From positions 419,310-483,309 of the forward strand of contig CAITGV010000001.1 in the NCBI GenBank assembly GCA_903892035.1: a stretch of DNA of 64,000 bases, read 5' to 3'. Positions 38,439-48,172 of the stretch are shown here, piece by piece. The notes beneath the pieces were generated by a model that worked only from the letters and a program-made list of their open reading frames with translations, did no database searches and had not been told where the DNA came from. Both the position numbers and the translations under genes were made by a program. This stretch comes from an uncultured bacterium. GTDB taxonomy: Bacteria > Patescibacteriota > Minisyncoccia > Phycocordibacterales > UBA9973. Numbering within the stretch: the stretch's first letter is position 1; every line of letters starts with the position of its first letter.

Positions 38439-41333
38439 ATGATATCTCGCATTTATGTAATCCCCACAGCAAATAAGCACGTTTCAATTATTGATTCATA
38501 TACAATAGATGCGGATTTGAGTAGTGTGGAAATTGAAAAAATTGCGCAAGCTCTGAAAAATCCAGTAATTGAAAAATATTCTGTAAATAAATTTTCTTTA
38601 GATTCAAAATGTAATTTTATTATTGAAATTGGATATTTACCTGGAGTTACAGACAATGTAGCAAAGTCCGCGATGGAAATGATTGTAGATTTACTCGGCC
38701 GACCATTTAAAGATGGCGAAGCAGTTTATACTTCAAAAGTACATTTAACAAACATTAACAATGCTTCGGAACTTTACAACCCTTTAATTGAACGAGCCAG
38801 CATTTCACCCTCCCATTTACAAAGGGAGGGCAAGGGAGAGGTGAGTTTACCCCTAACTGTTCCGAAAGTTGTATTACCTAAAAAAATACCAGTAATAGAA
38901 GTTTCTTTAAATATTTCAGATGATGAATTGGTTCGTATTGGAAAAGCTGGAATTGTGGATGAGGGTGGTGCACGTGGACCTCTTGCCCTTGATTTAATGT
39001 CAATGAAAACAATTCAAGAGCATTTCAAAAAACTTGGCAGAAATCCTACAGACATCGAACTCGAATCTTTGGCGCAAACTTGGAGTGAACATTGTAAACA
39101 TACAATTTTTGCAAATCCAATAGATGAAATAAAAGATGGTTTGTATAAGACATATATAAAAGGTGCAACAAATGAAATAAGAAAAATGAAAGGCAAGAAT
39201 GATTTTTGTGTTTCAGTTTTTTCTGATAATGCTGGTGGAATAATTTTTGATGAAAAATATTTAATTACACACAAGGTTGAAACTCATAATAGTCCTTCAG
39301 CGCTTGATCCATTTGGCGGAGCCATTACAGGTATCGTCGGAGTAAATCGCGATACGATGGGTTTCGGCCTCGGTGCAAAACCAGTGGCAAATGTTTTTGG
39401 TTTTTGTTTTGGTTATCCAGACGATGTGCGCCCACTTTATCGTGATAAAAATAAAACTCAAAAAATGCTTCCACCGAAGCGTATTGTCGATGGTGTGATA
39501 AAAGGAATTAATGCGGGCGGAAATTGCTCTGGTATTCCTACTGTATCGGGTTTTATTCGCTACGATGAACGTTTTCGTGGAAAGCCTTTAGTTTTCGCTG
39601 GAACTGTCGGTCTTATTCCAAAAAAAGTTGGAGGAAGACTTTCTCATGAAAAATCTGCTCAACCGGGAGACTATATTGTAATGGCGGGTGGGCGAGTGGG
39701 TGCCGATGGAATTCATGGTGCAACATTTTCTTCTGTGGTGATGGATACTGCATCTCCTGCAACAGCTGTGCAAATTGGCGACCCAATCACTCAGAAAAAA
39801 ATGAGCGATGCAATAGTAAAAGAAGCACGCGACATGGGATTATATTCAAGCATTACTGACAACGGTGCAGGAGGAATTTCTTGTTCTGTGGCAGAGATGG
39901 CAAAAGAATGTGGTGGGCTTGTTGTAGATATTGAAAAAGTTCCACTTAAATATCCAGGGTTAACACCATGGCAAATTTGGATTTCAGAATCCCAAGAACG
40001 CATGACACTTTCTGTGCCAAAAGATAAATGGGAAAGTTTTAAAAAATTAATGGACAAACGTGGCGTAGAAGCGACAGTGATTGGCGAATTTACAAATTCT
40101 GGAAAATGCATCGTGCGGCAAAATGGAAAAATTATTATGGACTTAGCACTTTCATTTTTGCACGATGGTTTACCAAAGCGCCCATTGTTTACAAAAAAAG
40201 TTGCTCATCTTCACAAAGAACCAAAAATGCCAAATGGAATTTCTCGAACTTCTTCACTTTTGAGTTTATTGAGTGAAGGAAATATCGCAGGATTTGAATG
40301 GGTATCGGAACAATATGATCATGAAGTTCAAGCGGGCTCAGTTATAAAACCGCTCGTTGGTCGCGGAAAAATAAATTCTGAAGCTCAAGTTTTTAGACCA
40401 TTACTTTCTTCTCAAAAAGGTGTAGTGCTTTCGACTGGTGTATATCCTTCGTATTCTGACATCAGTACTTACGCAATGGCAATGTGTGCACTAGACACTG
40501 CTGTACGAAATTCTATTGCCACAGGAGGAACACTTTCACATCTCGCAATTCTTGATAATTTCTGTTGGTGTTCTTCGTATGATGAAGAACGTCTTGGTGA
40601 ACTTGTGGCATCTGTGCGAGCTTGTTACGACGGGGCTGTATTTTACGGTACTCCTTTTATTTCTGGAAAAGACAGTATGTTCAATGATTTCAAAGGTTAT
40701 GATGAAAAAGGAAATCCTGTCGCGATTTCAATTCCGCCAACGCTTCTCATTTCAGCAATTGGAGTCGTGCCAGATATAAAAAAAGTTGTAAGTCCAGATT
40801 TTAAAATTGCTGGGGATACAATATATTTAATTGGTGAGACAAATGATGAGCTTGGAGCGTCGGAATATAATAAGATGCTCGCAAAAGGTAGTGGTGCAAT
40901 AGGCAACAATGTTCCAGTTGTTAATTTAGAAAAAAATAAAAAAACATATCTCGCACTTGAAAATGCAATAAAAAAAGAATTAATTGCTTCGTCTACAGCA
41001 CTTACATCTGGTGGACTTGCTGTCGCACTTTCAAAATCTGCTGTTGCTGGCGGACTTGGTTTTTCAGTATCTCTAAAAAATATTGTGGGTAATGCAGAAA
41101 ATGTTGATGCACAGCTTTTCTCGGAAAGCCAAGGACGTATTCTAGTAACAGTTTCAAAGAAAAATATTTCAGCTTTTGAAAAGGCAATGAAAGGCGTCGC
41201 TCTTTCAAGATTGGGAACAGTATCAAAAACAAATATTTGCATCATCAGTGACAAGCAAGGCAAAAAAGCAGTAGATACAACAGTTCAAAAACTTTCAAAT
41301 TCATATCACAGTTTTAGTAAAAAAATGACATAA
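38439..41333 (+). CDS. purL: Phosphoribosylformylglycinamidine synthase subunit PurL (FGAM synthase II), with an N-terminal PurS-like extension
   Basis: PurM-like repeats (HNSPSALDPFGGAITG, DNGAGGIS) over 964 aa. Carries one palindromic-element insertion. Confidence 0.9.
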   Translation: MISRIYVIPTANKHVSIIDSYTIDADLSSVEIEKIAQALKNPVIEKYSVNKFSLDSKCNFIIEIGYLPGVTDNVAKSAMEMIVDLLGRPFKDGEAVYTSKVHLTNINNASELYNPLIERASISPSHLQREGKGEVSLPLTVPKVVLPKKIPVIEVSLNISDDELVRIGKAGIVDEGGARGPLALDLMSMKTIQEHFKKLGRNPTDIELESLAQTWSEHCKHTIFANPIDEIKDGLYKTYIKGATNEIRKMKGKNDFCVSVFSDNAGGIIFDEKYLITHKVETHNSPSALDPFGGAITGIVGVNRDTMGFGLGAKPVANVFGFCFGYPDDVRPLYRDKNKTQKMLPPKRIVDGVIKGINAGGNCSGIPTVSGFIRYDERFRGKPLVFAGTVGLIPKKVGGRLSHEKSAQPGDYIVMAGGRVGADGIHGATFSSVVMDTASPATAVQIGDPITQKKMSDAIVKEARDMGLYSSITDNGAGGISCSVAEMAKECGGLVVDIEKVPLKYPGLTPWQIWISESQERMTLSVPKDKWESFKKLMDKRGVEATVIGEFTNSGKCIVRQNGKIIMDLALSFLHDGLPKRPLFTKKVAHLHKEPKMPNGISRTSSLLSLLSEGNIAGFEWVSEQYDHEVQAGSVIKPLVGRGKINSEAQVFRPLLSSQKGVVLSTGVYPSYSDISTYAMAMCALDTAVRNSIATGGTLSHLAILDNFCWCSSYDEERLGELVASVRACYDGAVFYGTPFISGKDSMFNDFKGYDEKGNPVAISIPPTLLISAIGVVPDIKKVVSPDFKIAGDTIYLIGETNDELGASEYNKMLAKGSGAIGNNVPVVNLEKNKKTYLALENAIKKELIASSTALTSGGLAVALSKSAVAGGLGFSVSLKNIVGNAENVDAQLFSESQGRILVTVSKKNISAFEKAMKGVALSRLGTVSKTNICIISDKQGKKAVDTTVQKLSNSYHSFSKKMT
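38805..38846 (+). repeat. In-frame intragenic palindromic element (purL copy)
   Basis: CACCCTCCC-ATTTACAAA-GGGAGGG-CAA-GGGAGAGGTGAG. The 9-nt loop variant shifts the frame; encodes PSHLQREGKGEV. Confidence 0.75.
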
Positions 41334-41353
41334 AAATATGTTATATTTAAATT

Positions 41354-41710
41354 ATGGATACAAAAATCAAAATTTTAGATAAAAAGTGGAGTATTGATGA
41401 AGTGAAAACTCTTGCTGATTTATGGTATGGTTCTATGATTAAAGGTGCAGTGGATATAGAGGGTTCGCGTGTAGCTCTCGGTGGAGATTATCATATTGAA
41501 GATTCGGAGCTTTTAACTAACACTGGTTCAACATTTGAAAATGTTTGGGGTTTTAATATTCGTTTTGAAGAAAATCCTGAAGGTATTTTGGAATTTGATT
41601 CAATGGTCAACATAAAACCAAATTTTGGTAATCTTTCTAGATCAATAAATAATAAAGAAATTATCGAAAAAGCTACAGAAGTTATTTATAAATTTATAGA
41701 TTTAAAATAA
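41354..41710 (+). CDS. Hypothetical protein (118 aa)
   Basis: ORF between purL and the Cys-rich paralogs. Its stop abuts the next start. Confidence 0.45.
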   Translation: MDTKIKILDKKWSIDEVKTLADLWYGSMIKGAVDIEGSRVALGGDYHIEDSELLTNTGSTFENVWGFNIRFEENPEGILEFDSMVNIKPNFGNLSRSINNKEIIEKATEVIYKFIDLK

Positions 41711-41711
41711 T

Positions 41712-42005
41712 ATGGAAAAGAATTCACTTTTTTACATGGCAAATTTATATCCTGAAATAGGAAGACTTTTTACTTTTTACGATTCGGGAAAATTAGAAGC
41801 CGCAGAAAACGCAAAAATTCGAGCACTTTCAATAGTGGATAAAATACTTTCTTTTCGAGATATTATTCCGGCCGGTAGAGAAGAATGGTGTGTGATAAAA
41901 AATTTTATACTAGGATACGATAAATTAGACTCATATGAAAGAGAAATTTTAGAAAAATATAGTTACCCTTTTTCACTGAAATTTATGAAAGCATACAGTT
42001 CTTGA
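41712..42005 (+). CDS. Hypothetical protein (97 aa)
   Basis: ORF whose stop overlaps the start of the Cys-rich gene. Confidence 0.45.
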   Translation: MEKNSLFYMANLYPEIGRLFTFYDSGKLEAAENAKIRALSIVDKILSFRDIIPAGREEWCVIKNFILGYDKLDSYEREILEKYSYPFSLKFMKAYSS

Positions 42006-42093
42006 TTATGGAAACCAGGATCTGCCAAAATTGCAAAAATGATTTTACTATCGAGCCAGAAGATTTTTTGTTTTACGAAAAAATAAAAGTTCC
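42005..42093 (+). repeat. Near-identical ~90-bp 5' gene segment shared by the two Cys-rich paralogs (copy 1)
   Basis: ATTATGGAAACCAG(G/A)(A/G)TCTGCCAAAATTGCAAAAATGATTTTACTATCGAGCC(A/T)GAAGATTTTTTGTTTTACGAAAAAATAAAAGTTCC also occurs at 43711..43799. Confidence 0.8.
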
Positions 42094-43711
42094 TGCACCG
42101 ACATTTTGTCCGAAGTGTCGCTTGTATCGGCGTTCGGTGTGGCGCAATGAGCATTTTTTATTTAAGAAAAAAGATGACCTTACTGGAAACTTAATATTTT
42201 CTACATATTCTCCATCATCAAAAATTAAAATTTTTGAGCATTCCTATTGGTGGAGCGATGAGTGGGACCCAAAATCTTTTAGTAAGGAATATGATTTCAA
42301 TACAAACTTCTTTGAGCAATTTTATGATTTACTTTACTCAGTACCACTTTGCGATAGATCAATAAAAAGTTGTGTAGAAAGTGACTACTCAAACAATGCA
42401 ACTAATATTAAAAATGCATACCTTTGCTTTAATGCAAAAAATAGTGAGAATGTTTGTTACGGGTTTCATTTTAGCGGAAGTCATGACTGTGTGGATTTTT
42501 ATCAAACTAAAGACTCCCGTCTTTGCTATGAAACCTTTTCAGTTGTTGATTCTGAGCGTATGTTTTGGTGTAGTAACTGCTCGCAATGTTATAATTTATG
42601 GTTTTCAGATAATTGTAGAAACTGCACAGATTGTTTTGGTTGTGTAAACTTAAGAAATAAAAAATACTGTATTTTTAATAAACAATATACAAAAGAAGAA
42701 TATGAAAATGAAGTTAAAAAACTTTACGACGGATCTTTTTCTTGTTTACAGGAAATACTAAAAAAGGTAAAAATTTTTGAAAAACAATTTCCTGTACAGT
42801 ATTATCATGGGAAACACAATGTCAATGTGACTGGTGATTATATTTTTAAATCAAACAATACTTTTGATTGTTTTGAAATCCACAATGTAGATAATGCAAA
42901 ATTTTCTCAATTTATTAGACACTCTAAAGATGTTTATGATTTTAGTTGTTGGGGTATTTCATCGGAATTAATTTATGAGTCTGTAAGTTGTGGAGAAAGT
43001 TCACAAAATCTAAAATTTTGTTATGAATGTTGGCCAACATCTCATGATTTAGAATACTGTGTTGATTGTCACTCATCTTCGTATTGTTTTGGTTGCGTGA
43101 GTTTAAAAAAGGGAAAATACTGTATTTTCAATAAACAATATTCTAAAGATGAGTACTTTGAGCTAAGGTCTAGAATAATTGAACAAATGAATAAAATGCC
43201 TTATATTTCAAAAAATAAACAGATATATAAATATGGTGAATTTTTTCCGACTGAATTGTCACCATTTAATTACGAAGAATGTTCAGCTTCTGATTATTTT
43301 CCAAGTAATGAATTAATAAAAGTGCCGACAAATTATAAAATTGAAATAACACCTCAAGAATTACCAGAAATTTCTATTCAGGCAGATGATTCAATTGTTT
43401 ATAAAGTAATTGAATGCCAAGATAAACAATCCTGCAATCATCGTTGTGTTGGAGCTTTTAAAATAACAGATATTGAATTAAATTTTTATAAGCGTTTCAG
43501 TATACCGATACCTAGAATATGTCCAAACTGTAGATTTTATAATAGAATGGAAAAGTTAAATTCAGTGTTATCTCGTATTGATAATTGTATGTGTATCAAT
43601 GATTTACATGGGCATATGGGTAAATGTGGCCAAGAGTTTAAAACTAATTACCCTAAAAATAAGTCTAGAATATTATATTGTGAAGGTTGTTATCAAAAAG
43701 AAGTTATTTAA
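42008..43711 (+). CDS. Cys-rich repeat protein with N- and C-terminal zinc-ribbon motifs (paralog A)
   Basis: N-terminal CQNCKNDFTIEPEDFLFYEKIKVPAPTFCPKCR. About 20-aa Cys-spaced repeats, twice ending in CFGCVxL(R/K)xxKYCIFNKQY(T/S)K(E/D)EY. C-terminal LNFYKRFSIPIPRICPNCR plus a CxxC/HxH cluster. Confidence 0.7.
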   Translation: METRICQNCKNDFTIEPEDFLFYEKIKVPAPTFCPKCRLYRRSVWRNEHFLFKKKDDLTGNLIFSTYSPSSKIKIFEHSYWWSDEWDPKSFSKEYDFNTNFFEQFYDLLYSVPLCDRSIKSCVESDYSNNATNIKNAYLCFNAKNSENVCYGFHFSGSHDCVDFYQTKDSRLCYETFSVVDSERMFWCSNCSQCYNLWFSDNCRNCTDCFGCVNLRNKKYCIFNKQYTKEEYENEVKKLYDGSFSCLQEILKKVKIFEKQFPVQYYHGKHNVNVTGDYIFKSNNTFDCFEIHNVDNAKFSQFIRHSKDVYDFSCWGISSELIYESVSCGESSQNLKFCYECWPTSHDLEYCVDCHSSSYCFGCVSLKKGKYCIFNKQYSKDEYFELRSRIIEQMNKMPYISKNKQIYKYGEFFPTELSPFNYEECSASDYFPSNELIKVPTNYKIEITPQELPEISIQADDSIVYKVIECQDKQSCNHRCVGAFKITDIELNFYKRFSIPIPRICPNCRFYNRMEKLNSVLSRIDNCMCINDLHGHMGKCGQEFKTNYPKNKSRILYCEGCYQKEVI

Positions 43712-43799
43712 TTATGGAAACCAGAGTCTGCCAAAATTGCAAAAATGATTTTACTATCGAGCCTGAAGATTTTTTGTTTTACGAAAAAATAAAAGTTCC
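43711..43799 (+). repeat. Near-identical ~90-bp 5' gene segment shared by the two Cys-rich paralogs (copy 2)
   Basis: See copy 1. About 3 mismatches in 89 nt, far higher identity than the rest of the genes. Confidence 0.8.
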
Positions 43800-45456
43800 A
43801 CCTCCGACTTGGTGTGCTTACTGTAGGTTTATAAGAAAAATGACTTTCGTCAATGAGAGGTCTTTGTACAAAAGACAATGTGGAAATTGTGGAACTTCCA
43901 TTATCACAATGTATAAAGATACCAATTTATTTCCAGTTTGGTGTGTGAAATGTTATTTAGCGGATTCTTGGGACCCCGTAGCCTATGGTATAGATTTGGA
44001 TTTTTCTAAAAATTTCTTTACTCAGTTTAAAGAATTGCGAGATACCGTCCCACATCGTTCACTTGATCAAAATGAGAAGAATGGTAGTGATACAGAATAT
44101 TCCAATTTTTGTTATAGCAGTAAGAATTCCTATCTTTCTTTTAATGTCACAAGTTCAGAAAATATAAAGTATAGTAAATATGTTTTAAAAAAGAATAAAA
44201 ATTGCATCGATTCTTTTATATTTGCCGACAACGATAAATGTTACGAATTAGTTCAGGCAAGCAAGAATTATAATTGCTCTTTTCTTTTAGAAAGCAGAGA
44301 GTCTATTGATTCACATTTTCTGTATGATTGTTCAAATTGTGTTAGTTGTTGCTTATCTTCAAATATCCGAAATAAAAGCTTTGTTTTTGCCAATCAACAG
44401 CTTTCGAAAGAAGATTACATGAATGCAATAAAAGGACTTGAGCTCGGGACTTATACCGGCCAAGTTCGAGCCAAGAATATTTTTAAGGAAATAGTGGAAG
44501 GCTCAATTCATAAATATGCGCATAATAAAAATGCAGTAAACGTCACGGGGGACTTTATCGAGAATTCTAAAAATATTAAATATAGTTATGGTGTTGTGGG
44601 TGGAGAAAATATGAAAAATATTTTTTTTAGCATGAATGTGGCAAAAGATTCTCATGATTTAATATTTACCGGACGAGGAGAAGAATGTTATGAACTTGCA
44701 TACGGAGGTAGGGGAATAAATAGAGTCTTTTTTTCTTTTAGTTGCGGAAGTGGTAGTAAAAATTTGTTTTATTGTGACAATTGCAAGGCTTGCATGGATT
44801 GTTTTGGGTGTGTAGGGTTGCGGAACAAACAGTATTGTATCTTTAATAAAGAGTATACAAAAGAAGAGTATTTTAAAATCACAGACAAACTAAAAAAAGT
44901 CATGACCGATATGCCGTACGTTGATAAGATCGGCAGAGTTTATGGTTTTGGAGAGTATTTTCCTACAGAAATTTCTCCATTTGCATATAATGAAACAGTA
45001 GCATTTGAAGAACTGCCATTAAGCGAAGAGGGTGTTATTAAAAATGGATTTACATGGCAGAAGGCTGAAGCGAAGTCTCACATGCCAACAATTAGCGTAG
45101 ATGATATTTTAAATAATATTGCAGATATAGATGATAGTATTTGCAATGAAATTATATCTTGTCCTAACAATGGTAGTCCAAAAACTAGTTGTTCAGGAGC
45201 TTATAAAATTTTAAAAGATGAACTTACTTTTTATAAGCAAATGCATTTACCTATACCAAGGTATTGTCCAAATTGCAGATATCACCATCGTTTGGTTTGG
45301 AAAAATCCATTTCGTTTTTATAAAAGGCAATGCATGTGTGAAAAGGAAAACCATGGGCATGAGGGATCATGTCCTAACAAGTTTGAAACCTCATATTCCC
45401 CAGAACGTCCAGAAGTGGTATATTGTGAGAAGTGTTATCAAAAAGAGGTTATATGA
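43714..45456 (+). CDS. Cys-rich repeat protein with N- and C-terminal zinc-ribbon motifs (paralog B)
   Basis: Same architecture as paralog A (ETRVCQNCKNDFTIEPEDFLFYEKIKVPPPTWCAYCR ... LTFYKQMHLPIPRYCPNCR). The first ~90 nt are nearly identical to paralog A. Confidence 0.7.
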   Translation: METRVCQNCKNDFTIEPEDFLFYEKIKVPPPTWCAYCRFIRKMTFVNERSLYKRQCGNCGTSIITMYKDTNLFPVWCVKCYLADSWDPVAYGIDLDFSKNFFTQFKELRDTVPHRSLDQNEKNGSDTEYSNFCYSSKNSYLSFNVTSSENIKYSKYVLKKNKNCIDSFIFADNDKCYELVQASKNYNCSFLLESRESIDSHFLYDCSNCVSCCLSSNIRNKSFVFANQQLSKEDYMNAIKGLELGTYTGQVRAKNIFKEIVEGSIHKYAHNKNAVNVTGDFIENSKNIKYSYGVVGGENMKNIFFSMNVAKDSHDLIFTGRGEECYELAYGGRGINRVFFSFSCGSGSKNLFYCDNCKACMDCFGCVGLRNKQYCIFNKEYTKEEYFKITDKLKKVMTDMPYVDKIGRVYGFGEYFPTEISPFAYNETVAFEELPLSEEGVIKNGFTWQKAEAKSHMPTISVDDILNNIADIDDSICNEIISCPNNGSPKTSCSGAYKILKDELTFYKQMHLPIPRYCPNCRYHHRLVWKNPFRFYKRQCMCEKENHGHEGSCPNKFETSYSPERPEVVYCEKCYQKEVI

Positions 45457-45510
45457 TTAAAATAAAGGCTGTAAAAAATGAGAACCCCGTAGTAGATTTT
45501 TGACTCGATT

Positions 45511-45777
45511 ATGTTCTATGTATATTGCCTAGAAAGTGAAAAATATGATGAACTTTATTTTGGTTATACCAATGATCTTAAACGTAGATTTAAAGAACAT
45601 AATCAGAAGTTAAATTTTTCAACAAAAAGATATGCACCATGGAAAATTATTTACTACGAAGCATGTTTAAACGAAAGTGATGCAAAAAGACGTGAGAAAT
45701 ATTTAAAAACTACGCAAGGTGGCAGAATGATAAAAATTAGATTAAAAGAATATTTTTATGAAAAAAGAAAAATTTAA
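45511..45777 (+). CDS. Stand-alone GIY-YIG nuclease-domain protein (88 aa, YhbQ/UPF0213-like)
   Basis: YVYCLESEKYDELYFGYTNDLKRRFKEHN gives GIY-YIG with the conserved Arg and Glu/His. Confidence 0.7.
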   Translation: MFYVYCLESEKYDELYFGYTNDLKRRFKEHNQKLNFSTKRYAPWKIIYYEACLNESDAKRREKYLKTTQGGRMIKIRLKEYFYEKRKI

Positions 45778-46606
45778 CAAGTCAAAAATTCACTACAGGG
45801 AGAAGCCCAAAGTAATTGTCCTTTCTGGATATGGTTTAAACTGCGAGGAGGAGACAAAATTCGCTTTTGAGCACGCAGGTGGAGTGGCGGATATTGTGCA
45901 TATAAATGATTTGATTGAAAATCCAAAACAACTTTTGAAATATAATATTTTGGCTTTTCCTGGCGGATTTTCTTATGGTGACGATATGGGAAGCGGAAAA
46001 GCTTTTGCGAGTAAGATAAAAAATCACTTAAAAAAAGAATTCGAGGAATTTTTGGCAGGAGATACTTTGGCAATAGGTATTTGTAATGGTTTTCAAATAA
46101 TGACGAGTTTGGGGATTTTACCCGGGGCTTTGGCGCACAATGAAGGTGGGCGATATATAGATAGGTGGGTGGATTTAGAAGTCCCACCCTCTTCCTTAAT
46201 AAGGAGAGGGCCGGGGAGAGGTTCTTCGCCATGGACCAAAGGCATTAAGAAAATTTCTCTTTCAATTGCGCATGGAGAAGGCAGATATATTACAACAGAA
46301 AAAGAATATAAAAATTTGTTGAAGGAAAATAGAATTGCATTTAAATACGTAGAAGGAGAGATGTGTAAATACCAAAATTTGAAAGCAAATCCAAATGGTG
46401 CAATGCATGCAACAGCGGGCGTTTTGGGTTATAATGGCAGAGTCCTCGGTATGATGCCTCACCCAGAGAGGGCGATGTTTTTCACACAGAGGCCAGATTG
46501 GGAATTGCAGAAGGAAGTATTGAAAAGAAAGGGTAAAAAAATTTCAGACGAAGGAGCTGGGATTTTATTGTTTAAAAATGCGGTTAGGTATTTTACAAAA
46601 GCATAA
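45758..46606 (+). CDS. purQ: Phosphoribosylformylglycinamidine synthase glutaminase subunit PurQ
   Basis: Class I GATase: GICNGFQIM (Cys nucleophile), HGEGRY, MMPHPER. Carries one palindromic-element insertion. The start overlaps the GIY-YIG gene by 20 nt, so the true start may be downstream or non-ATG. Confidence 0.85.
   Translation: MKKEKFNKSKIHYREKPKVIVLSGYGLNCEEETKFAFEHAGGVADIVHINDLIENPKQLLKYNILAFPGGFSYGDDMGSGKAFASKIKNHLKKEFEEFLAGDTLAIGICNGFQIMTSLGILPGALAHNEGGRYIDRWVDLEVPPSSLIRRGPGRGSSPWTKGIKKISLSIAHGEGRYITTEKEYKNLLKENRIAFKYVEGEMCKYQNLKANPNGAMHATAGVLGYNGRVLGMMPHPERAMFFTQRPDWELQKEVLKRKGKKISDEGAGILLFKNAVRYFTKA
46183..46224 (+). repeat. In-frame intragenic palindromic element (purQ copy)
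   Basis: CCCACCCTCTTCC-TTAATAA-GGAGAGGG-CC-GGGGAGAGGTTC encodes PPSSLIRRGPGRGSS, a third reading frame of the tail. Confidence 0.7.
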
Positions 46607-46758
46607 AGTATAGTTTTAGTAAAAAATTATAAATTATTATTTTTTACAGTCACATAATTTTCTGGTGAAAATTTGTTTAGTCTCGGCCCGTCGGCCTGCG
46701 AAACCTGTAAAAAACAACAATTCATAATTTTTTACCAACTGCTTACGATTTTATACAT

Positions 46759-48171
46759 ATGGAAGAACTTAAAGAAAAATGTGGAATATTTGGAATTTAC
46801 GGAAAAAGTGGTGCACAGGTTGCGCGCACGGCTTTTTACGGACTTTTTGCACTTCAACATCGCGGTCAAGAAGGCTCGGGTATTTGCGTTTCAGATGGTG
46901 AGAAACTTCATACACACAAAGGCACAGGCCTTGTATCACAAATTTATACAGAAGAAAGCATCGCAGGACTTAGCGGGCATATTGCAATTGGGCACAATCG
47001 TTATTCGACTTCACGTGGAGGGACAAATTCAAATTTAAATCACGTTCAACCTTTTATTTCAGAAGATGGAAATTTAGCTTTGGCACACAATGGAAATTTG
47101 CCATCTGTCGTCGCTCTGCAAAATTTTTTGAAAGGAAAAAATGTAAATACAGAAGGAGCAAATGATTCAAAATTAATGCATTTGGCAATCGAATATTATT
47201 TAAAAAATGGTTTTTCACTTTCAGATGCAGTTGAAAAAAGTTTTCCTCTTTTTACTGGAGCTTTTTCTGTTTTAGTAATGACAAAAGATACAGTCATCGC
47301 AGTGCGAGACAGCTTTGGTATGCGACCATTTTCGTATGGAAAAATAGGGGACGATACTTTTGTTTTTGCATCAGAGACTTGTGCTCTTGAAACGGTAGGA
47401 GTGACCGAACATATGGACGTAAACCCAGGAGAGATAATAATTGTTGAAAATGGAAATATGACAAAAAAACAAATTGTACAACCAACTCCGAAATTTGATA
47501 TTTTTGAATTGGTTTATTTTGCTCGACCAGATTCTGAAATTTTAAATGAGTCAGTTTACGAAGTTCGTTCAAATTTTGGTGCAGAACTTGCAAAAGAGGT
47601 AAATATTTCGGCAGACATCGTAGTGCCAGTTCCAGAGACTGCAATTCCTTGCGCAATACGATTTTCTCGCGAAACAGGAATTCCTCTTGAAATGGCTCTT
47701 ACAAAAAATCGATACATTCACCGCACGTTTATTCAACCCGATCAGCGTACACGCGAACTTGGAGTGAGATTGAAGCTCACAGCTCTTCGAGAATTAATAC
47801 AAGGCAAACGCGTCGTAGTGATAGATGACTCAATAGTGCGAGGAACTACTTCAAAAGAATTGGTAAAATTAATTTTTAACGCCGGTGCAAAAGAAGTTCA
47901 TTTTCTTGTTGCTTCTCCTCCAGTACGCTTCCCAGATTTTTATGGTATCGATACACCAAAACAAGAAGACCTTATTGCTGCACAAATGAAAGTGGAAGAT
48001 ATTGCAAAATATCTTGGTGCAACATCGCTACATTATCTTTCTGTCGATGGTATGGTGCGAGCTACAGGTGTTTCGCGAGATGTACTCTCACTTTCAGCTT
48101 TTACAGGCGAGTACCCAATTTCTCTTCTCGAGCGTGCTAGTGAAATTAATTATGATATTCCAAAAGAGTAA
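46759..48171 (+). CDS. purF: Amidophosphoribosyltransferase
   Basis: N-terminal CGIFGIYG (Ntn Cys), PRTase motif VVVIDDSIVRGTTS. Confidence 0.9.
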   Translation: MEELKEKCGIFGIYGKSGAQVARTAFYGLFALQHRGQEGSGICVSDGEKLHTHKGTGLVSQIYTEESIAGLSGHIAIGHNRYSTSRGGTNSNLNHVQPFISEDGNLALAHNGNLPSVVALQNFLKGKNVNTEGANDSKLMHLAIEYYLKNGFSLSDAVEKSFPLFTGAFSVLVMTKDTVIAVRDSFGMRPFSYGKIGDDTFVFASETCALETVGVTEHMDVNPGEIIIVENGNMTKKQIVQPTPKFDIFELVYFARPDSEILNESVYEVRSNFGAELAKEVNISADIVVPVPETAIPCAIRFSRETGIPLEMALTKNRYIHRTFIQPDQRTRELGVRLKLTALRELIQGKRVVVIDDSIVRGTTSKELVKLIFNAGAKEVHFLVASPPVRFPDFYGIDTPKQEDLIAAQMKVEDIAKYLGATSLHYLSVDGMVRATGVSRDVLSLSAFTGEYPISLLERASEINYDIPKE

Positions 48172-48172
48172 A

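Noticed and set aside
40697-41263. 188-aa minus-strand ORF inside purL
   Set aside because: Antisense to the conserved PurL C-terminal domain; no motifs.
48002-48172. N-terminal extension of the purN ORF overlapping purF
   Set aside because: The extension is out-of-frame overlap with the purF 3' end. Conserved PurN sequence begins at MRLAILISNAG (48173).
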